Assembly (NCBI GenBank): GCA_965541585.1
Contig: CBEUCH010000009.1
Span: 76,962 to 140,961, forward strand
Length of the DNA: 64,000 nucleotides
Direction: 5' to 3'
DNA from: an uncultured bacterium
Lineage (GTDB): Bacteria > Zixibacteria > MSB-5A5 > UBA10806
Under the pieces are notes generated by a model. The model did no database searches. It saw nothing but the letters and a program-made list of their open reading frames with translations, and was not told the DNA's origin. Of this stretch, positions 58,588 to 64,000 are shown in pieces. The position numbers and the translations under genes were made by a program. The stretch's first letter is position 1. The number at the start of each line of letters is the position of its first letter.

Positions 58588-58640
58588 GTAGGTCGGGTTC
58601 CGATCCCGCTAAGCGGGAGAGAAATCCGACACCTGGAGCT
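58588..58640 (+). repeat. REP-like element copy 2
   Basis: GTAG-GTCGGGTT...AATCCGAC-ACCTGG, with internal hairpin TCCCGC-TAA-GCGGGA. Confidence 0.72.
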
Positions 58641-58922
58641 TAAAATTCGAGAGATATTTCTTTATTGTCGGTTTAAGGTGTCGAAAATATTTGTAAGGCC
58701 CGAAACAATGATAAGTAGAGTAGAATAAACAGATAAGGCTGAGAGAACAGACCGATTATTAAGCTCAAAGAAATAGCCAGAATCTCTATGGGAAAATATT
58801 CCCTCCTGGCTCCGGGATACGTGGCTTTTTCAGCAAGAGGCGGAGCATCAGAGCCAAACCTGGTGTTTTTTCTCAAACTGGATCATATCATTCACAATCA
58901 ATTATTTCAACATTCTTAGACC

Positions 58923-60362
58923 ATGCTCTTTAATTCCCTGCCATTCATCATCTTCCTTCCCCTCGTATTCGCCCTTTACTGGTTATTACAAAGAAGACAT
59001 GTCAATTTCCAGAACTGCCTTCTGCTTGCCGCCAGCTATGTGTTCTACGGATGGTGGGATTACCGCTTCCTCTCGCTGATTTTTATCAGTTCCCTGGTGG
59101 ACTTTCTCGTCGGTCTGGCATTGAATCGCGAGGAACGAAGCGGGTACCGGAAGCTGTTACTCATCCTGAGCCTGACTGTGAATCTGGGGATTCTGGGATT
59201 CTTCAAGTATTATGGATTCTTCGTCGAATCGTTCGCCGATCTCGTACAAGCCCTGGGTTTGCAGCCGAATATTTCGACCCTGCGTATTATTCTCCCGATA
59301 GGTATCAGTTTCTACACATTCCAGACCCTGAGTTACTCAATTGATCTTTATCGCCGGCAGATCCAAGCGACCAGAGATCCGATCAGCTTCTTCGCGTTCG
59401 TAAGCTTTTTCCCCCAATTAGTCGCCGGGCCGATCGAACGCGCAAAGAACCTGCTGCCCCAGTTCCAGATGAAACGTAGGTTCGATATCGAACATGCGAA
59501 GGATGGCATGCGTCAGATGCTATGGGGAATTCTGAAGAAAGTGGTCGTGGCAGACAACCTCGCACCTCACGTCGATGAGATCTACGCCAATTACAATTCT
59601 ATGGATGGGGTCGCATTGTTTATCGGAACCTTTTTATTCGCTTTCCAGATTTACTGCGATTTCTCCGGCTATTCCGATATCGCGATCGGAACCGCTCGTC
59701 TATTCGGTTTCAGGTTGATGCGGAATTTCGCCTTCCCTTATTTTTCCCGGGATATCGCCGAGTTCTGGCGGCGGTGGCACATTTCGCTTTCCTCGTGGTT
59801 CCGCGATTACGTCTATATTCCTATGGGGGGCAGTCTTTCAAGCAAGATGCAACGAATACGGAATATCGTCATCACTTTCATGGTGAGCGGCCTCTGGCAC
59901 GGGGCCAACTGGACCTTCATCGTGTGGGGGCTTCTACACGGGCTATATTATATACCATTTATGCTGATGGGTTGGCACAAAAAGCATGCCGGCGAGGTAG
60001 CGGAAGGCAGACTGTTTCCAGGCATAAGAGAAATCGTCTGCATACTTATTACATTCATGATGGTGTTTTTTGCTTGGATCTTTTTCCGGGCGGAAACGAT
60101 CACCGATGCGCTGCGCTACATCGTCCAGATGCTCGGAGGTCCTCTGTTTGGAAGAGGCATTTGGCACGGGCAGTATATCAGCTCGATCATTTATGTCCTC
60201 GCTCTCGCGCTCATTGAATGGATTCAGCGCGACAGGCAGCATGGCCTCGAGATAGATCGCTTGCCTATTGTGGCACGGTGGCCCATCTACGTTGCAACAT
60301 GTCTCTTAGTGATCGAACTTGGGAACTTCGGTGCGGTGGAGTTTATTTACTTTCAATTCTAA
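58923..60362 (+). CDS. MBOAT O-acyltransferase (AlgI/DltB family)
   Basis: MLFNS, LPIGISFYTFQ, FFPQLVAGPIER, DFSGYSD, FWRRWHISLS and SGLWHGA motifs, ending FIYFQF. Confidence 0.95.
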   Translation: MLFNSLPFIIFLPLVFALYWLLQRRHVNFQNCLLLAASYVFYGWWDYRFLSLIFISSLVDFLVGLALNREERSGYRKLLLILSLTVNLGILGFFKYYGFFVESFADLVQALGLQPNISTLRIILPIGISFYTFQTLSYSIDLYRRQIQATRDPISFFAFVSFFPQLVAGPIERAKNLLPQFQMKRRFDIEHAKDGMRQMLWGILKKVVVADNLAPHVDEIYANYNSMDGVALFIGTFLFAFQIYCDFSGYSDIAIGTARLFGFRLMRNFAFPYFSRDIAEFWRRWHISLSSWFRDYVYIPMGGSLSSKMQRIRNIVITFMVSGLWHGANWTFIVWGLLHGLYYIPFMLMGWHKKHAGEVAEGRLFPGIREIVCILITFMMVFFAWIFFRAETITDALRYIVQMLGGPLFGRGIWHGQYISSIIYVLALALIEWIQRDRQHGLEIDRLPIVARWPIYVATCLLVIELGNFGAVEFIYFQF

Positions 60363-60410
60363 TTGCCGGGACATATTAAAGTGGCTTACCGTCGAAACCA
60401 GTGTTCGGAG

Positions 60411-61418
60411 ATGAAAAGGACAATGATCACCTTCCTTAGGAAAATACTCATGTGTGGCTTGTTGGTCGTATTGTGCCACGTGGCATTAGTTTTCCTGGTG
60501 ACCAACGCTGGCGTGGAAGCGAAGTTTTACTTTATGATACATACGAATATAATGGTAGGACTCGCCGAGCGAGGCGACAACTCGCTTTTAAGGTTCAGGG
60601 AAATTCATGACTACCACGACGTAGATATTCTTTTCATCGGGTCATCGCACACTTACCGCGCTTTCGATCCCAGATTTTTCGATCGGTATGATCTTTCGAC
60701 TTTCAACATGGGATCTAATAACCAAAGTCCTCTGAACTCGTATTTCCTTCTCAGACCACACATTGATCGATTGAATCCAAAGTTGATAATTTTTGAAGTT
60801 TATTGGGAACCGTTCAAGACCGATGGCCTGGAATCGTTCCTGGAGCTGTGCGATAACCTGCCATTGACCAGTGACATCTGGCAGATGGCTTTGGCGACGA
60901 GGAATATCAGGGCGATAAACGCTATCCTTGCAAGATTGCTTGAGATCGGCAGGGAGCCTATTGAGTCCATGGCGCCCAGAATGCCCATCCATGACACATA
61001 TATCTCAAGAGGCTTTGTAGAAAAGGACATGGGCTTCGAAGTAGAGAGATCCGTGTGGCCCCACAGAATTGATATCGATTGGCGGCAATTCCGTTACCTC
61101 GAGAAGATTCTCGCGATGGCCAGAGCAAGAGGCATTGCCGTACTACTTGTAGTTCAGCCTGTGCCACGCGAAACACTGAATTCTATTACAAACCTGCGCG
61201 AGGTTAAGGAGCAATTTTCATCCTTTGCCAAAAAGAACGGAGTTATGTACGCAGATTTTAACGAATTAATGTCTATGGATAGCAAAAACGATTTTTACGA
61301 CGACGATCACCTGAACCAGACTGGTGTAGAAAAATTTAACGTAAGGCTCTACGATGAGTTACAGAAACGAAATCTCCTCCGTTTCATGGACACCGTCGAC
61401 ACTACACCGAGCCCATGA
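60411..61418 (+). CDS. SGNH-like membrane-anchored acyltransferase partner (AlgJ/DltD-like); start uncertain (60363-60423)
   Basis: N-terminal TM helix, IGSSH (block I Ser) and DDDHLN (DxxH). Directly follows the MBOAT gene. Confidence 0.75.
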   Translation: MKRTMITFLRKILMCGLLVVLCHVALVFLVTNAGVEAKFYFMIHTNIMVGLAERGDNSLLRFREIHDYHDVDILFIGSSHTYRAFDPRFFDRYDLSTFNMGSNNQSPLNSYFLLRPHIDRLNPKLIIFEVYWEPFKTDGLESFLELCDNLPLTSDIWQMALATRNIRAINAILARLLEIGREPIESMAPRMPIHDTYISRGFVEKDMGFEVERSVWPHRIDIDWRQFRYLEKILAMARARGIAVLLVVQPVPRETLNSITNLREVKEQFSSFAKKNGVMYADFNELMSMDSKNDFYDDDHLNQTGVEKFNVRLYDELQKRNLLRFMDTVDTTPSP

Positions 61419-61576
61419 AGAAAGGCCGCCAGGTTCAGACATTGGTAAACGAAGAGACGATTGAAGGCTCTCATAACGTTACATTCGACGGCACAGCTTT
61501 TCCCGGCGGTATCTATTTCTATCGCATAGAGGCGGAGGATTTTACGGACACGAAGATTCTCATCCTGTTGAAATAG
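61415..61576 (+). pseudogene. Orphan C-terminal half of a T9SS type A / FlgD-like sorting domain
   Basis: GRQVQTLVNEETIEGSHNVTFDGTAFPGGIYFYRIEAEDFTDTKILILLK*. No upstream NPFN half and no passenger domain. Confidence 0.75.
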
Positions 61577-61578
61577 CC

Positions 61579-61629
61579 GCAGGTCGGATTTAACGAATTC
61601 AAAACGATGCGAAATCCGACACCTGGGCT
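61579..61629 (+). repeat. REP-like element copy 3
   Basis: GCAG-GTCGGATTT...AAATCCGAC-ACCTGG, a perfect 9-bp inverted repeat. Confidence 0.72.
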
Positions 61630-62136
61630 ACCGTTTTATTATCTCAAGGATGTGATAATCATTTTCCTCTTGACTATCCGATAAAGAAACTCCATTTTAA
61701 ATTCTGCATACGTTAGAGTTCTGTCTACTCGACTTCTTTTTAGTTAAATGCATGAAGCCACCTCTTCAAGTGGCTATGTTGCTCGTTGAAAGACACTAAT
61801 TCAATCCCCGTGAATGGGGGACTTGACTTCACCGTAACCATGTGGAGTACATTGAAAATCGGCAAAAAAATACGCGAAAGGCGGAAAAAGGACTTGACAG
61901 ACCCATTAACTCCATATATATTCGGATTCCTACAAATTAATTCTCTTGCAGATAACGAGCCTTCACAAGGAAATCAGGCTTGTTATTTTAAATAAATAAA
62001 TAAAAAGGTAAGATCGACGGCAGGGAGATAATGATCGAGGAAATTTCTAACAGGGCACCGTTACTGGCGGATGGAGGGTACGCCATACACGAATATAAAC
62101 AGGCTTGATACTAATAAAGAAAGAGAGAGGAGGATT

Positions 62137-62211
62137 ATGAAAGCTTGTGGCTGTAACTATTATAGCCGGGTCAAGATGCTTTTAATTAACCTTTGGGAGA
62201 ATTGTTTATGA
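62137..62211 (+). CDS. Possible 24-aa upstream ORF (MKACGCNYYSRVKMLLINLWENCL)
   Basis: Strong GAGGAGG RBS. Its stop overlaps the next ATG (ATGA). Confidence 0.35.
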   Translation: MKACGCNYYSRVKMLLINLWENCL

Positions 62212-64000
62212 AAATAGAAAAACCAGGCGGGATGTGTAAAATCCTGCCAAAGATCGCGTTGTTGACTATGATGATGCTTCTGGCATCAGGCCTTACCATC
62301 GGGATAGATGCGGCGCCTGGCCCAGGCTCCGGATCAATCAGTTACAATGTTTACGGCTACCGCGCTAACGAGGGAGGCGGTGGTGCTATCAGCACTCCCT
62401 GGACCAAGGGCAACCTGGGGAACACCTGGGCCGAGGGGGAGTGGGTTCCGTACCAGTTTGTAATCAGCAATCCATCCGGTGGCGCCTTTGACGATTACGA
62501 CTCGCTCATCATTTCTTATGATTTCACACGCCCCCACGGCTCTTCCGACTACTACCGCTTTGTTGACCTCGTTCGCGGGATTCAGGTCGGCACGGTTCAG
62601 CGAAACGATGACCAGGGATGGGTTAAGGCTGACGGCAGCGCCTTTCCCGACGGGACCAGAGGGCAAATTGAGACAGCGCAAAACGATCCTGATGAGTATG
62701 AGTGGACAGGCTTTACCCTTCTTAATCTGCCAAACAGCCAGGTCAACCGCAAGCTCGACGGAGGCCTCGATGTGCCTCACGGTGAGGATCGGCACATGTT
62801 TTACATTAAAAGAACCGATCTTCCGCCTGCGCTTCAGGATGCTCCCACAATTGTCATTTATTTCCAGTTGCATGAATCCAGAACATTCGTCTGGGCCAAC
62901 AGCCTCCAGGATCAGTATAACTTCGGTTCACCGACCAACGACTGGGGAGGTTATTTATACAACACCGACGGCTGGCCGGCTGACTCCGTTCTGGGTGCTG
63001 GATACGTTCCCGGGTCTTCAGGGCATTTACACCTGGAAAACGTAAGCGGGAGCAAGGACGTTCCGATCCCAATTCCCGAACGTATTCCGGGTGCGGTCGC
63101 CGGCTTGAAGTTCCTGGATGCCGATGGCGACAGCCTGTATGGTGGTGGTGACTCCCCGTTATCAGGCTGGGAAATAACGGTCAGTGGCGAAGTCGAGGGC
63201 ATAGTGTTCTCGACGTCAACGCTTACTGACGAATTCGGAAACTACGCTTTCCCGAGCCTGACGGCCGGTACCTGGACGGTCAGCGAGAACGAAGAGCGCA
63301 GCGTACCGGCTGAAGGTGGGTACATCCAAACCTATACGAATCCTTTCTCGGCTTCAGTTGGCGTTGGGACACCGACAGCAATCGCTGAGCCGGGCCAGGG
63401 CCCCTGGGGATGGTCGGTCGGTCTGACGATAGACATTGATAGCCAGGAGGACATGAACTTCGGCAACAAACTTTGTGAGATTCTTTGCACGGATCCGCCC
63501 GATGTCACGATTGAATGCACCGACAGCACGGATCCTTCCAATACAGGCTGGCCTACAGTGGAATACAACTGTGCGCCCGTTGATACCAGCTACAGCGATG
63601 AAGTTTCCGGAAGTTGTCCTACTACAATTACCAGAACCTGGACGTTCACCGACGCGGTCGGTAATACTTCCATCTGCGATCAGATCATAACCGTTCAAGA
63701 TTCTACCGATCCTGTCATCACCTGTCCGGCAGACATAACTTTCGAGTGCGAGATGGGTGACGCCGGTACGGCCACAGCCACCGACAACTGCGATTCTGAT
63801 CCGGATATTTCCTTTACGGATAACATCATAAACGAGTTCTGTCCGACGGTGATCGAGCGCACCTGGACCGCTACCGACAGCTGCGGAAATACCGACAGCT
63901 GCGTGCAGACCATCACCATTCAGGACACAACCGATCCGGTTCTCACCTGTCCGCCCGATATAGCATTTGAGTGCGAGATAGGCGATGCCGGCACGGCTAC
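62208..64000 (+). CDS. Large secreted surface protein: novel N-domain, SdrD-B-like domain, Cys-rich HYR-like repeats; truncated by window end (not in ORF track)
   Basis: Manual translation is open from ATG 62208 to the window end. Contains a signal peptide, GLKFLDADGD..LSGWEI..TDEFGNYAFPSL, and repeats of P-x-x-TCP-x-DI-x-FEC..ATATDNC..I-x-RTWTATD-x-CGN..C-x-Q-x-IT-x-QD. Confidence 0.88.
   Translation, partial: MKIEKPGGMCKILPKIALLTMMMLLASGLTIGIDAAPGPGSGSISYNVYGYRANEGGGGAISTPWTKGNLGNTWAEGEWVPYQFVISNPSGGAFDDYDSLIISYDFTRPHGSSDYYRFVDLVRGIQVGTVQRNDDQGWVKADGSAFPDGTRGQIETAQNDPDEYEWTGFTLLNLPNSQVNRKLDGGLDVPHGEDRHMFYIKRTDLPPALQDAPTIVIYFQLHESRTFVWANSLQDQYNFGSPTNDWGGYLYNTDGWPADSVLGAGYVPGSSGHLHLENVSGSKDVPIPIPERIPGAVAGLKFLDADGDSLYGGGDSPLSGWEITVSGEVEGIVFSTSTLTDEFGNYAFPSLTAGTWTVSENEERSVPAEGGYIQTYTNPFSASVGVGTPTAIAEPGQGPWGWSVGLTIDIDSQEDMNFGNKLCEILCTDPPDVTIECTDSTDPSNTGWPTVEYNCAPVDTSYSDEVSGSCPTTITRTWTFTDAVGNTSICDQIITVQDSTDPVITCPADITFECEMGDAGTATATDNCDSDPDISFTDNIINEFCPTVIERTWTATDSCGNTDSCVQTITIQDTTDPVLTCPPDIAFECEIGDAGTA

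Noticed and set aside
58413..58640. CRISPR array
   Set aside because: Only two nearby diverged copies with irregular spacing and no cas genes. It fits REP-like palindromes better.
58673..58876. Minus-strand 67-aa hydrophobic ORF
   Set aside because: No clear RBS or family motif. It may be a gene remnant but cannot be supported.
62479..63045. 188-aa + strand ORF in the track
   Set aside because: It is an alternative-frame shadow of the long ORF starting at 62208, which has a signal peptide and coherent domains.
56931..64000. Integrase-type genomic island at tRNA-Leu
   Set aside because: No integrase and no duplicated tRNA 3' end were seen within the window. It cannot be excluded beyond the edge.

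Overview
Bacterial chromosomal window with standard genetic code and almost all genes on the + strand. Several features suggest an FCB-group organism such as a Zixibacteria-like lineage (inference only): an FG-GAP/dockerin-like protein, an IPTL-CTERM protein, a T9SS-type C-terminal fragment and a kinase-TolB-TPR protein. The core blocks are hsp20-dnaK-dnaJ; dtd-maf-rodZ-like-smc-ftsY-yjbQ; FMN riboswitch plus ribD-ribE-ribBA-ribH-nusB; a seven-gene envelope glycosylation cluster (DUF2723/TMEM260-like, GT4, flippase-like, two GT2, YfhO, WecA-like); accA-trm112-PTS IIA-mreCD-mrdA-rodA-lgt-comF-archease-rtcB; and pfk-pfk-gap-[FN3 lipoprotein]-pgk-tpiA-secG-tRNA-Leu(GAG). These are followed by an accessory region with a GT1-like enzyme, an MBOAT/SGNH pair flanked by GTAG-type REP-like repeats, and a large truncated Cys-rich surface protein. 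The standout observation is a membrane-spanning Ser/Thr kinase-TPR gene (18966-21659) interrupted by one in-frame TGA. The TGA completes a C-H-W-U (CxxU) motif and is followed 11 nt later by a hairpin with a GGUC loop, matching bacterial SECIS geometry. This makes it a candidate selenocysteine-containing receptor kinase. It lies on a ~3 kb islet bounded by a duplicated copy of the yjbQ 3' end, next to a DUF3179 gene.
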